NCBI RefSeq assembly: GCF_964355755.1
Contig: NC_092672.1
Coordinates: 29,270,437 to 29,334,436, forward strand
Source of the DNA: Antedon mediterranea
Taxonomy: Eukaryota > Animalia > Echinodermata
Length of the DNA stretch: 64,000 nucleotides
Reading direction: 5' to 3'
In this document: positions 1 through 13,700 of the stretch, piece by piece
How the letters are laid out: each line of letters opens with the position of its first letter
Numbering within the stretch: the stretch's first letter is position 1
Notes under the pieces: generated by a model
The model's database searches: none
Told to the model about the DNA's origin: nothing
Seen by the model: only the letters and a program-made list of their open reading frames with translations
Position numbers and translations under genes: made by a program

Positions 1-811
1 ACAGTACTTTCATACTTGAAGTTGAACAACCTTTTCTCACACTTTTTTGATTCTCTTGGGAATGATTTGCAGTGATTTTTTAAACCTAAATGTTTTATGT
101 GTGTTTGTACTGCCTGCATGTATGTTGTACTAAATGTGTGTGTGTGCATTGCTGTGTGTTTGATTTTATGTTCTTTTAAATATTTTCATTTTATTTCAAC
201 TACACTTAATGAAAATTGGTCCATTCAGCCGAAGTGGTTATCATTAGAGACCCTCAGAACAATACAATTTATACATTACATATATTTTGAAATTGAATAA
301 TATACAATAACAAATAAAATAAATTTAAATTAAATCAAACATGAATTATTTAAAAGAATTTCTTTTATTTTATATATTTTTCCATACACATTATATGTAT
401 GTATTGTTTATATTTGTCACAAATTCATCTTTTTGCATATTCAATTTTTTCATCTTCATAATAATTTTTTTTTTTTTTTTTTTTGTTGATTTTAATTATA
501 ATTGATATATAAAAATATTTTGCATGTGGTATGTTTAGTTTTTACTACAGTATCAGAGAGTTGTATGCAGTGGACATTTTGTTTGTTTTTTTTTTGCGTT
601 TTGGTAACGATAATGATCATGAAAGATTTAAGATGTTTTATTGTGATACTGAAGTGAAGTTTCTTGTTTTGGTGATAGTTTTTGAAAATTATATTTTATT
701 TTTTCAAGTAATTTAAGAATATTAATGTAACTTGTGTGTTGTTAGAGAAAAATGTGCTGTGGGTTTGATGTGGGGTAGTTCTTGTTGTGATTGTATGGTA
801 TTATCTCAAAA

Positions 812-1770
812 TCTCCTCCTGAATAATTGTGCATTCCACCTCCCAATAATTATAGTGTATCCCAATATCTCCTCCTGGATAATTGTGCATTCTACCTCCC
901 AATAATTATAGTGTATCCCAATATCTCCTCCTGGATAATTGTGCATTCCACCTCCCAATAATTATAGTGTATCCCAATATCTCCTCCTGGATAATTGTGC
1001 ATTCCACCTCCCAATAATTATAGTGTATCCCAATATCTTCTCCCGGGTAATTGGTTTATTCCAGTATCTCCTCCCGGATAATTGCTGTACTGTATCCCTC
1101 CTCCTGGATAATCGGTATATCCCAGTACCTCCTCCAGATAATTGGTGTATCCCAGTACCTCCTCTAGATAATTGGTGTGTATCCCAGTACCTCCTCCAGA
1201 TAATCGGTGTTTATCCCAGTACCTCCTCCAGATAATTGGTGTGTATCCCAGTACCTCCTCCAGATAATCGGTGTATCCCAGTACCTCCTCCAGATAATTG
1301 GTGTATCCCAGTACCTCCTCCAGATAATTGGTGTATCCCAGTACCTCCTCCAGATAATTGGTGTGTATCCCAGTACCTCCTCTAGATAATCGGTGTATCC
1401 CAGTACCTCCTCCAGATAATTGGTGTATCCCAGTACCTCCTCCAGATAATTGGTGTATCCCAGTACCTCCTCCAGATAATTGGTGTATCCCAGTACCTCC
1501 TCTAGATAATTGGTGTATCCCAGTACCTCCTCCAGATAATCGGTGTGTATCCCAGTACCTCCTCCAGATAATCGGTGTGTATCCCAGTACCTTCTCCAGA
1601 TAATTGGTGTATCCCAGTACCTCCTCTAGATAATTGGTGTGTATCCCAGTACCTCCTCCAGATAATCGGTGTATCCCAGTACCTCCTCCAGATAATTGGT
1701 GTATCCCAATATCTCCTCTTGGATAATCGGTGTGTATCCCAGTACCTCCTCCAGATAATTGTAGTGTCCC
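812..1770. repeat. Intronic minisatellite: about four 56-bp units grading into a long array of 30/32-bp units (CCAGATAATTGGTGTATCCCAGTACCTCCT)
   Basis: Period 56 seen at 841/897/953/1009; period 30 (32 with an extra GT) from about 1110 to 1770. Explains the repetitive ORFs at 939-1802. Confidence 0.95.
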
Positions 1771-2158
1771 AAATCTTTATTCCATGTAATTTTAGTTTTT
1801 AATTGTCGCAGTATCTGTCAGGTAATTTTATCCCTACATCTCCTTCCGGGTTTTTCCTAATTACTTTTCCATTATTTTTATTCTATTTATATTCCCTTTT
1901 TTCACCTACCTTTAAATCCACCTTGATTGTAAAATTTCTCCATTGTTGTAGTAATATTAAAAGTACAGTACTGCCCTGCAGTTTTTATAAATATAAATTT
2001 TATTTTTTGAATTAAATTTTTTCCAACTTTTGGTTGGAATATTCCTTAGGATTTTAATTTGTCTTTAACAGTGTTTTTTTACTGTAATTATAATGTTTCT
2101 TCTCCATAATAAAGGAATTGATTTTATTGTTTTCCTCTCTTCTCTTCTTTCTAACTAG

Positions 2159-2230
2159 TCGCTTGACCATGGTCAAGAATATAAATTCAGAAAAGATATT
2201 TTTGGCCATCTCGGAATTACCCCACCAGCA
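2159..2230 (+). CDS. Candidate upstream coding exon of the RhoGEF gene (SLDHGQEYKFRKDIFGHLGITPPA)
   Basis: Long pyrimidine tract and CTAAC before AG at 2157-2158, donor GTAAGA at 2231; 72 nt, phase 0-0, open frame. Confidence 0.6.
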
Positions 2231-5200
2231 GTAAGACTTTTCGCAATTTTTTTTTCTTAATCTTTTTTTTTTTCAACAATTAAATACTAATATTACAGTG
2301 AGAGGTTTTCTTTCAAATATATATATATATATATTATATATATATATGGATTCATCTTTTTAAATTTGTTTAGGTTCTTAAATGGTCTCCAAGATTTCTA
2401 TCATTTATTATAAAATATAAACCATTGCAAATGATAGTAACCCCAATTATTTTCGGCAAGTAGAATGAAGTGAGGTGAATTTAAATTATTTTGATATAAA
2501 ATTAAGAAAACAATAGTATATGTTTTCACAATACTTGTTTGGCTTCATTGCTGTCGAAAAATAAGTTGGGGCTATCATCATCATGCTGTTAGAAAGTTTA
2601 TAATATAATAGAAAACGCGGAGCTCCCTTTAAACTATCTAGATCTATACTGTAGTTCTCATTGCAAATGCATGGAATATAACATGAAAATGAAATTCACC
2701 AATTGCCTGAATGAAATGAAATGAATATGAATAACAAAAATGTAATAGTAGTAGCAACAAATTAATATTGATTATTGCATGCCATGTGATCCTCAATCAT
2801 CCAATCAAATGACAAGAATTTTGTTATTATATTGGTATACCAATAAATTTAAAAATAATCTATATCGACTGGAAAAAAAAAACTTCTGAAGAGTTCAGAC
2901 CAGAGTGTTTTATCTCTGTAAAATTAAGTTAAAAGTTTCAAGTTCTCTGCTTACCTTTTTGTGTTGAGATTAAATACTTTTTAAATTTTTCTGTGGCCTA
3001 GATTTTTTTTTCAGCCAACTAGAGGCAGAGTTGCCTAATAGTATATTTCAAAATTTGCCTAATAGTATATTTCAAAATTAATACATGGCCTTTATTTCAG
3101 ACATTGAACTGAAGCCATGTTTTTATACAATATTTTTATGGTCATGAGATGAGCATTAAAGAAACATGCTACAAAAAAAGTTTTTGTTATTCTAAATTCA
3201 ATACATCGTTTAGTCAATTTTTGTGGAAAATGAAAAGTCTAGAGATTGATATTTTCAGAAATTGTTCACAAATTTATTTTACTTATTTTAATGATTTTTG
3301 TATCTAATATAGTTTTTTATTAAGCATGGTAGAATTAAAAAATTAATATTTTTAGGTTATACAAATTTAATTATGTAGATAAGTTAATTAAATACTTTAT
3401 TAATAATAGAACATAATAATCTGATATCTTCTCACCAATTAGTAGTAATGTGACTCAAATTGCATTCAATTAAGCCAATAGCTGAGTCACAAGTTTGTAG
3501 CACTCACTAGTAACATCATCGTTATTGAAACTGCATGTAATTGTTTTCTAATAACATAGAAATATTAAACGCAATCTAACAAAAACACAGAATTAATACC
3601 ACCATTTTTTATTAATAAAATTTATGAATTGAATAATTTAATTTATTTTTTTGTTTTGTGTTATAAAATCAATATATTTAAGGATTATTTCAGTTTTTTG
3701 GGGGTTTTTATATTACATGGGATAGTTTGGGTAAATGTTAATTACATAAAGGTTTTTTATTATAATAATAAATTTGATAGCTGGGTTTTCTTCTTGGTAT
3801 AAATATATATTATATAATATATATTATTTGGAAGTATTACTATGATATTTAAATAGAACTTTGAGATCTTTAATATTATAACTTATTACAAATTTCATTT
3901 AAAATTAGTTTTTAAAAAATCAATATTCATGGTTTTAATAATTGGCTTTAAATGGGAATCTGCCTTAGTGATTATTTACTGTAGAAAAAAGTATTATTCT
4001 TGCCTAGATTATAGATGTGAAATCAATATAATATAGAACTATGTGCAGGCTCCTTCCCATTGTTTTTTTTCACAACATGTTGAGGCAAAACAAACAAAAC
4101 AACATGAACAGCATATAATGAATGAACATAAATATTTTCTAAATGTCATAGATTACAGAGGGCGCTCAGACTTACTAAATGAGAACGCTTTTTTGCAAGC
4201 AGCTAGTTTGCTTAATGGTTAACGTTAATGAAAGCTGACACCCGGATTTTAAACTCATATGCCGTTTTTATTAGAGCTGAGTAGGTTGGCTATGTTGATA
4301 GTTATTTGGTAGATAAAGCTATCTTGCGATTCTTACATGAAAATAATTATGTTCATCCATTATTTATGATTTTTCCATAACATGTTGAGAAAAAAATAAT
4401 GCGTGCAGACCACCTTCCTCTACTCCAAATCATCAATTAGTCTTGCTGTGCTGTGGAATATATATTATATTTATGTTTTTCCTATAATGTTTATCTATAC
4501 CGTCTTTTATATCATTTTCTTCATTTCTTTGGATTATGTCGATTTTTTTCATTTCAGATATCCTTTTTGATTCTTGTTCCTTATGAAAACAGACAAACTT
4601 TAAGAATTAACAATTTTGTGGACCTAAAAAAATTCTTTCCAAAATCTTTCAAATCAATATAGCATTTTAGTTTAGTAAATACAATTGCACATTTGAAATT
4701 GATTGTTGTCCAATCCAAAATAAAAAGGCTGAAAAATATAAGCCACAGGACAACAATAGTACTTTGAAAATAATTAATATTATCAAATATCACAATATAA
4801 GTTTGGTATAAATATCAAGCAAAAATATATTGTCATCATTATTGAACCAACGATCTTTATTTTTTTCAAATTCTAGAAATTTTAAATTCAGATGAAATAA
4901 ATACAAAAGGCAAGGACACAGGTTGCAATATTATAAAATTAGATTTTTAAATAAAATTGATTCCGAAAGATTCAGAAAAACCATTTATTTTCAAATTAAA
5001 GACATTAATAATACTGTAAATAAATATTAGAATTATGAATTATTTATTACCGTAATACGATAGGTGTGATGTAGTTTTGTATTTAATAATTTTTCTTCTG
5101 TTTTTATTTTTACTCAAGAAACCAAATAATTCAATTAATTTAAAAGATTGCATTGCAGAATACAAGTATGATCCATAAAACATGAACAATTACTATATAA

Positions 5201-5255
5201 TAGGAAGTTTGTCTGTTTTCTTAGCATGTAGTACAATATCTGTCTTACATTTCAG

Positions 5256-5402
5256 CAACAATATCATAGAAAAGACATCTTCACCCATCTTGGTATGTCG
5301 ACAATTTCCATCGCTTCATTGCCAGTCCCAGAAAGCAACTCCCCCGCAGTTAGGAGAGTCTCTCTCCCTGTTCTGAACTTTTCCAGCAATTCGTCCCCTA
5401 AG
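5256..5402 (+). CDS. Candidate upstream coding exon of the RhoGEF gene (QQYHRKDIFTHLGMSTISIASLPVPESNSPAVRRVSLPVLNFSSNSSPK)
   Basis: TTTCAG acceptor, AAG|GTTTGT donor, 147 nt, phase 0-0, open frame, more GC-rich than the flanks; shares RKDIFxHLG with the 2159 exon. Confidence 0.6.
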
Positions 5403-5646
5403 GTTTGTACCGATAGCTCCTCAAACAATACGAAAAAACCAAAAAAAATCTAACAGCACCGGATGTTCTCATGATAACATATCTTATCATTCGCAACTCG
5501 CCATATAGCACTTTAAATTTAAGAGATACTACGTAGCCGTGGGGAAAAATATCCTGGCTTCTTGTTGAAATGGCAGTGAGTTTTAGATCCTGGACAACGT
5601 ACGGTAAATCTAGAACCATATATTAACTATATTTAAATTCTACTAA

Positions 5647-5790
5647 AGCTTGGTTCCCACTAGTATGCATCATAAGGATATAAGATTAATACTGTACAAG
5701 TAATTTGACCAATCATGATGGGCGGTGACAGTGTTCAATTTTTCACTGCTCTTACGTCCCTGCGTTGTATTATTCTGAGAACCAAGCTTT
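5647..5790. mobile_element. MITE family C (AAGCTTGGTTCCCACTAG termini)
   Basis: Inverted ends aagcttggttc...gaaccaagctt; related copies near 23752-23962 and 58841-59037, fragments near 29410-29515, 56900 and 58020. Confidence 0.75.
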
Positions 5791-7768
5791 ATTTTTTTTA
5801 ATAAAAGACAAAAAAATGCATTGAGAACAGGCTTTGAAAAGTTTCCCAATATTTTCTAAGTTGGAACATCTGACTAGATGAGCGAAGGACCAACAGAATT
5901 TAGGCCTAAAATAGACAAATTTTTATTCCATTGATGTCCAAATTTTCTTCATTGTGATTGGTCAGTATTTTTTATGTTAACAAAATTTTGTTAGATTTTA
6001 TGTCCTAGGATTACACATACTCTATGCATCATGTAATACAACATCAAACTTTTCTTTAGAAATAATTGTCACAGATCTAAAACTCAAGTCATTCTTCAGT
6101 TCCAACTAAATTTACGCTCTAAATATCTTCTGCAAAGTGCCCTCAATGCTTATACTTCCTACGGCTATGAATAGTTGCTTGGGATTGATTTTTCATATTA
6201 GTGCATCTGGTAGCTTAAAATCAATAATGAAATTTGACTTTTGCTATTATATCATCAAAAAGCACATCTTGATATATTTATAAAATGTTGCTTTTTTTGT
6301 TAGTGTTGTCTGCTCTAAAGCATAATAAATAAAAAAATAATTTCACTTTTTACAGGCAAAATTGTGTTATTTTCAAAAACTTATATATGAATTAAAGACA
6401 ATTTTTGCATGTGGTATGTTTAGTTACATACCTTGATCTTTCCAGGTACTTCAACTCTAGCCTAGAATATCCAGACTTTTGATGTCCAGTCTAAACATTA
6501 TTGAAATATTTTAGACTTTAAAATCCAGACATAAAAACATGAAATACTGATTGCTGCTAATTAAATTGAGATACAAAACATTGTCATGTTTTAATTTATT
6601 ATGATGTTTTCATTACTGTTTTTGTACAAATTATGTTTTCTTTTGTTTTTCTATTCTTGATTTCATTTTTCTTTAAATTCAAAGATTTGTTTTTTCCTGC
6701 ACTTTCTCACAGCATGCGAACACTTTTTATTTTCCACTGCACAAAGTAGTCATATAGTTTAATAATTTTGTATCATAGGCTGTTTTAGTTAATACTAAAG
6801 TATTGCGCTGGTTAAAATTTTATAAATGCCCAAATAGTTTTGAAATTATTTTATATTGGGGAAAATGTATCTATGGCAAAGTTTGAGATTTAATATTTTG
6901 ATAATGATATTTCTAAAATATTGTTTTTTTTTTAGAAATGTTGTTTATCCATGCATTTAAACTACAGTTAATATTACATTCCATGTGAAAGTACCTTATT
7001 TGTTGGGTCTCTAAACCCATCATCCTTTTTACACAAATGTTACAATACCTGTTTTACCTCCTTGTATAAAATCTTGTTAACTAAAAAATGTTTATTTTGA
7101 AAAAAAAAAAAATTAATAAATTTTTTTAAAAAGTAGTGCGAACTTCTCAGTGTGAATTGCTCGGTATCCTACTGTGTAAATGGGTTTAATTAGCAGGTTT
7201 GTATTTTGGTGGACTAATATTTTAGAGCGATTCCTAATCAAACTAATGCACATATTTTCAATAATTTTTTTCCATTTGGTAAAATTATAAACTAACTTCT
7301 AAATTTAAAAAAAAACAACTTTGCATGTGATTAGATTTTAGAAAACTTAATCGACTAATCTAATATGGGATAAACTTAATACAGAAGAAATAGTAAGTAT
7401 GTAACATCGCGTAGATAATATATTCTTTGATTTTTAAAATGAATACATTTATTTAAATTGATTTAATGCTACTTGTATACATTTATTCTAATTTGCCAAT
7501 AGCAAAGTAATGGAAAATGATTGTTAAAATGATTTAATTCATCTTTTGTAAAAAAATATTATGCTTAGAATTATATTACCAGAGATTGCATTTTTGTATT
7601 TTTATGCATTTTAATTGAAATTATGATATATTTTTTTTTGTAAAAATCTGCTAACAATATTCATTCCTGTTGCATTGCTATGGCATAACTGACAACTGTT
7701 TTGATGATTTTTTAAAAAATAGTCCACTAACTCCCTATGTTGATAAGAATTATGAATTGAATTTTCAG

Positions 7769-10700
7769 GAAGTTAAGGATATTCGCCTTATAGAGCTGGA
7801 GGACAAGCTTCAGCTTTATATGGAAGAAGGTCTTCCAGAATTTCCGGCGTTGCTCTCATTCAACCGGAAAAAAGAAGACATTTCAGGACTTTTAGAACTT
7901 GTAAGAAAATTGCAAAATTATCAATGTATTATTTTTTTACTCCTGATGAAAGCATTGATCGAAACATCAATAAGCTCTTCAAAACTACGTACCAGAAAGT
8001 TTATTCTTCTCCGTAAAAAAAAACAAGATGAATAAAAAAACAATGAAAGCTGTTTAAAACTTCTTACGGTGTACCGCACTTTATATAAACAATAGACAGT
8101 GATTCCAATAGAACAGCAACAAGACCATTGTATCTGTTTAAAAGTATTTTAATATATAAAAATATTTTTAATGCAAAATTTACAAACAAAAAGAACAAAA
8201 ATTGACTTTTCGATACCGAAACGTTGTATTGAAAATATTTAGTAAACGTCTTAATTCATAATTTATACAGAAATAATCTAAAATATGGACAACTAGGCGA
8301 CCATGATGTGATGTCAACAGGACAGCGACTCTTAAAAATGTCTGGCACTATCTGTTTAATTTAGAATATAAAAATTATAACATAAACCTGATGAAGAACA
8401 ATATAAATATATATAATATAAATATAATTTTTTTTTTACAATTCAAGTTGAAGGTGTCAATCTAGTTCTATCCATCTAGATAAAAAAAATTATATATATA
8501 TCGCTATAGCAACAATAAAGTATAAAAATAAATTTGTATTCTCCAATGAGGGCATAAAAGGATTTGCGGCAATTGACAAATTATTTCAGATTACAGAATC
8601 TCATTTGAGATCAATGACACTTCTCGATTTGGCTCAACTGTGGCTATTCTAATTGACACGCATCATTAACTTTTAGATGCATTACTTTAGCTCGTTGAGA
8701 AGAGCCTGACTGAGCGTGTCTACGTTTTATAGAGTAATTTGTTGATATTCTTTTGTTTATCTTATCTGTAACTTTAAATAATATAAGTGTATCGCTTGTA
8801 TGAATTAGCTAGCTAGTATTAAATTTAAACAACCTTTCAAGAAAAGTATGTGCTTATTCTTTCTGCGTTTTTTTTTTTGGCGGACATCTTTAAGATTCTC
8901 AATTTCAAAATTTCTAAATTTCAGGAGGAGAGTTGGAAAGAGATTTATAGTGGAGATCCAACAGCGTTAACCAAACAACAAAGAGACCAACAAGAAGCCA
9001 TGTGGGAAATTATATTTACCGAAGCATCGTACCTTAAGAAATTGAACATTATTGTTGATGTAAGTGTTGTCTGTAACGTCCTTCATGAATTTCGTCTCAC
9101 AATCATAGAAAAATATGAATATTCTGAACGATGCAGGTAGTGTGTGCATAAACGTGTCTAAAACTTAAGGTTTCTAAAGCTCTGTGTACAAACTAGTTTA
9201 TTTTTTAATTTTTTTTTTTTTTACCATATTTAATGAGGGTGATCCATCCAGCAATTGCTGATCATTAGGGACCCTCAGAGGTTCACAACACAAACATTAT
9301 ACACAAGATGCTCTATATAAACAAAGTCTTATTACAAGTCTTTGGGAGTGGAGTTGTAATTTTGTCCTTAGAAAAAATCCTGACATGTGACGTGACTTGA
9401 ACCCAGGACGCTTGGAGTGGTAGTCAAGCATCATATCCACCAAGCCACAACTCCACTCAAAGTTTGACAAAAAAGGTGTGATGTGCCCAAATATGGTAGT
9501 TATATATATCATCGTGTCCATATATGGGCACATCACATTGTTTTTTCACATAAAGTTTGATAGTGTAGAAACGAGCTTAAGGGACATGTATGTTTCACCT
9601 AGAACAATTATATTCATTAACCATATCTTAAATTTTAAATAACTGAAAATATGAAATTTAATTAAAACATAATTGTCTTTTTTTTTTAACTTTTAGCTTT
9701 TTTTATCAGTTCTTCTAAATGTACAACAGCATTTAATTTTGTGCGAGGTAAGTTCATCTTTTAATTGGTTTTTTATTTCTTGTTATTTTATTATAAATGA
9801 ACCATCATACAGTACACCCATAACTTTATTTTCACAATGGTTAGAGTATTTTGAGATTACAAAACTCTCCTTTTTTCATTAAATTTTGTATTTAAATGCG
9901 TTAAATTTCTTTAACTTTGAGATTTCAATGTTGTTTTATTTTCTTAGATCGATTCAGAGAAGTTATTCAGTAATATACGAGATATTCAGGATTTGCATAT
10001 TAAATTTTACAAAGAGTGTCTGCATGATGTACTCCTAAATGCCAGAACAGCAAAAAGTCTTCTCTCCCCCGTTGACATTGCCAAAGCCTTTGAAACAGTA
10101 AGGATTGCATTCCAAATCTGACTTTCCTGTATCTTCCATATGAGAGATTAAATAGCACCCCTCTGTATTCTGTTAACATTAATTTTAAGTAGTGAGCTCT
10201 TTCCGAATTCAGTTTTTCCTGTTTTTTTTTTTTTTATATTATATTTCACTCAGTTTTTGAGTGCTTTCATTCCTCACTGCTATTACTGACATTTTTTCTG
10301 AAATAATAAATAATGTTTTCATTCTATTCATAGTTCCAGGAACGCTTTTACCCATATAATAAATTTTGCAGAGAAGAAGAAAAATGTTTGCACTATCACA
10401 GGGAAAAACAAAAAGAGAATGATGCATTTAAACTGTTTGTAGACGTAAGTAATTCACATTGAAATCAGCAGAAAAACAAATATTAAGAACAATTTGCAAT
10501 AGACAAACGGGTCAGTAATAAACAAGAATATTTTTTTTAAAAAACGCTGCTCGCTTATTGTTATTGCTGAGGTCAAGTCTGGGGGTCACTTCATCAAGCC
10601 TAGATACTTCAAGTATCCTATTACAAACAAAAACTTCAATGGACTGTGACAGTGAATTATAGTAATATCATGGGACTCACAAATACCAGAAATGCTTTGG

Positions 10701-13700
10701 GATTTGTCATTAGACTCTTTTCCCAGCCGTTTTTTGGATTCGACAGGTGGTACCTATAAATTATAGTCGAGTTTCCATTTTAACAAAAAATGTCAAAGTG
10801 TAGTACTATACTGCTGCTTGATTTCATCTAATGAATGAGTCATCTCGTGTGACGTAGCGGGCTAGAGCAGCAGCGTGAAAATATATAATCTATGTTATTC
10901 CTTTTGACCATTTACACAACGCGGAGTGGAGTTGTGGTTTCCACAGGATAGATACAGATTTTATGTGGGGCAAGTGCACATTTTTCCGCTTAACGTTGCC
11001 GCTTGTCTGTGTAAATTGGCCTTACGGCAGTGCGTGTCCTTTTTAGGAATGTCCCTTGAATAGGTGTGGCTGTATTGTTTAAGCATTTATTGCACCTTGC
11101 TTATATCACAGGAAAGTTTCATATAAATTGGGATGTGCCCTGAATAAAGGGTTAGTCGTTGTGTTAAATTATACCGTTTATTTTCCTTCATTGGTTTCAC
11201 AGAAAACTTTACCCTAAACACTGTAATAGAGTAGACAATATTCATATCTGCTTGTAGCCATTAGCAACTTGTTTTTGTTTTTTCACAGTGGTGTGAACAG
11301 CATACAAAAAGCGAGAGGCGGTCCTTGGCTGAGTTACTTGTATCACCTATGCAAAGGTTAACAAAGTATCCACTGTTGTTAGGTGCTGTCGGCAAGAAGG
11401 AAGAGGACCAAGATGTGCAGGATCTGGTGAAGCAAAGGGTAAAAATGATTTGATGATTAACAAGATTTGATGATTTATAAAGATTTGAAGATTAGAAAAG
11501 ATTTGATGATTAGAAATGATACTGATACTGTATGTGATACTTAATTGCCTTGGAAAATTTAGTTTAATAAATTTTCGTCATCTTCTCATAATACATATGA
11601 TATTAAACAACATTTTATTCTCAAGGAGACAGAAGTAGGTTCGTTCATCCGATCTGTAAACCATGAAGTCCGCAAGGATCACGAGTTAGAACGTCTTGAA
11701 GAAGTCGCCTCAAGAATCGAGTCATGCGATATCGTTGACTCATGCAATACTGATGAGTTGACTCAGGTAACATATGCAAATTAACAGGCATTAAACAAAA
11801 TCTAAACCGCTTGGTAATATACTGAATATTATATGTCTACTAATTAATAACAATAAAGATGAGGAAACCTGTGAAAATGAGAAAAAGTAACCCCAATTGA
11901 GATTTGAATCCGGAACCTTTAATCCTTTAATCCTAACCATTAAACCACTGGGGCTTTCATGATATTTTTCAAACTTGATTGGATAGCGACTCTTTAACAC
12001 CCTTAGTATGGTACGGCAAAACAGCACTAGTAATTGGATTGGAATTAATCTCAGACCGAAGGAACTTAATTTATCGCAGAAATGGATTTGAAGATGGTAC
12101 TAAAAATGCATGCATCTGCACAAATTTGTAACAATTTTAACCAATAGGAAGTGTATTTGGGCACTATTTGATTACTATGATTGGTCAGTTTAACAGAGCA
12201 ATACACATGCATATGCTGTAGTACTAAATTGGGACATCTTGTAACAACAAAAAACGTGGCCTCTAGTCGGTGTGTTTTTCTCAACATTTCACAAGGGACC
12301 CATGTGAAATCTCTGGAGATTTTCCACACAATTGTTTTCACACTATGCAAGCTTGGTTACAATGTGTCAATTTTTTTTAGTTGATGTTTTCAATATGCCT
12401 AGTAGAAAACAGGCTTAATTAGGTAAATCACGGCTAGTTTACTTTTATATCACATAATAAATTGTGAATATATTTCATACATAGAGATCAGGCTAAAGTA
12501 AATATCATAATAGCATATTTCTTTATCTTATGTAGTTGTTGGCGCTGAAAGCCTTAAATCTGAAGTCAGCTATGCCAAATGCAATGCCAGACCAAGTAAG
12601 ATGGTTGATTCTTGAGGGACCATTGAAGATAAAAGACCAGGAAAACAAAAAGGTATAAATAATACATACAAGTTCTTGATTTCATGTACGTTGATAGTGT
12701 ACGTTTAATAATGCAACATAGAGGTAGTTATGCCCAGTGGCGTAACGTCTATGAGCGCTCACTGGCTAATACGGGCCCCTAAGCAGTGCCTAGAAGGAAA
12801 AAAAAGGCATTAAAATACGTTGAAAAAGGCTAAAAACACCTGAGGCCTCCAGTGTTCCACTTAGGGTTCCTAAACCAAGGGCCTAAGGCCTCTGTGTTAT
12901 GCCACTGGTAGTGCATGACTGGAATTTAAATGAAAACATTGTATTGATAGGTGGATGCCACAGGTTTACTTTTCACTGATATGCTACTTGTCACAAAGAA
13001 ATCTCTGAAGAAAGGAACCAGTGTCAAAATGAAGGTCATTAAACAACCAATGAGAATCGATCGTTTGCAGACTATGATTCTGAAAGATGGAAGTAAGTAT
13101 ACAGAAACAGGATAAATTTGATTTCATCCTTCGCAGCACCACTGTACAATACAGAGTATCCTTAAGCTCTATCTACACTATCAAACATTATGTGACAAAA
13201 AATGTGATGTGCTCAAATAAGGACATGGTGATGTCATATCACTACTATATTTGGGCATATCACTACCATATTTGGACATATTAAAAACAAGTCTGATAGT
13301 GTAGACAGAGCTTTACAATTGTAATTATATTGGTACTCTTTTATTTATTAATTCAATAAAAATCTAAGGTTGTTTTGACACCCATCCAGAGCAATTTCTT
13401 TTTCCACTGTTGTCTCCTGCATTTTTTCCTTCCATTGTTATGCAATCTGCAAAAAGTAAATTTACTTATGTTTCTGTAAACAATGTACTTCAGGTGGTTT
13501 TGCGGTGGTGTATGAAGATGAGTATGGATGTGCAGTGTCAGCTTTTATTGTGCAATCAGGGATGGCAACGAAAAAATGGTTGGAAAGTATCAAGAACGCA
13601 AAGGTACTTTAAAAAATGTTTTTATATCATGCATATCATCAAGAGAAGGCCCAATAATTCAACCAAACCACAGTCTTAATTTAATGTTAGATAAGGTTTA

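Noticed and set aside
812-1770. CRISPR-like appearance of ~30-bp repeats
   Set aside because: Head-to-tail repeats with no unique spacers, no cas genes, eukaryotic context.
939-1802. Repetitive ORFs (CIPVPPPDNW / SQYLLQIIGV)
   Set aside because: Translations of the 30-bp minisatellite; frame shifts at each 32-bp unit and no splice signals.
7385-7392. Possible microexon AG|AAGAAATA|GTAAGT
   Set aside because: 8 nt would shift the frame and there is no pyrimidine tract; unsupported without RNA data.
11885-11955. Possible tRNA gene on the minus strand (also ~54780-54850)
   Set aside because: Only degenerate A/B boxes and no foldable cloverleaf; better explained as decayed SINE heads.
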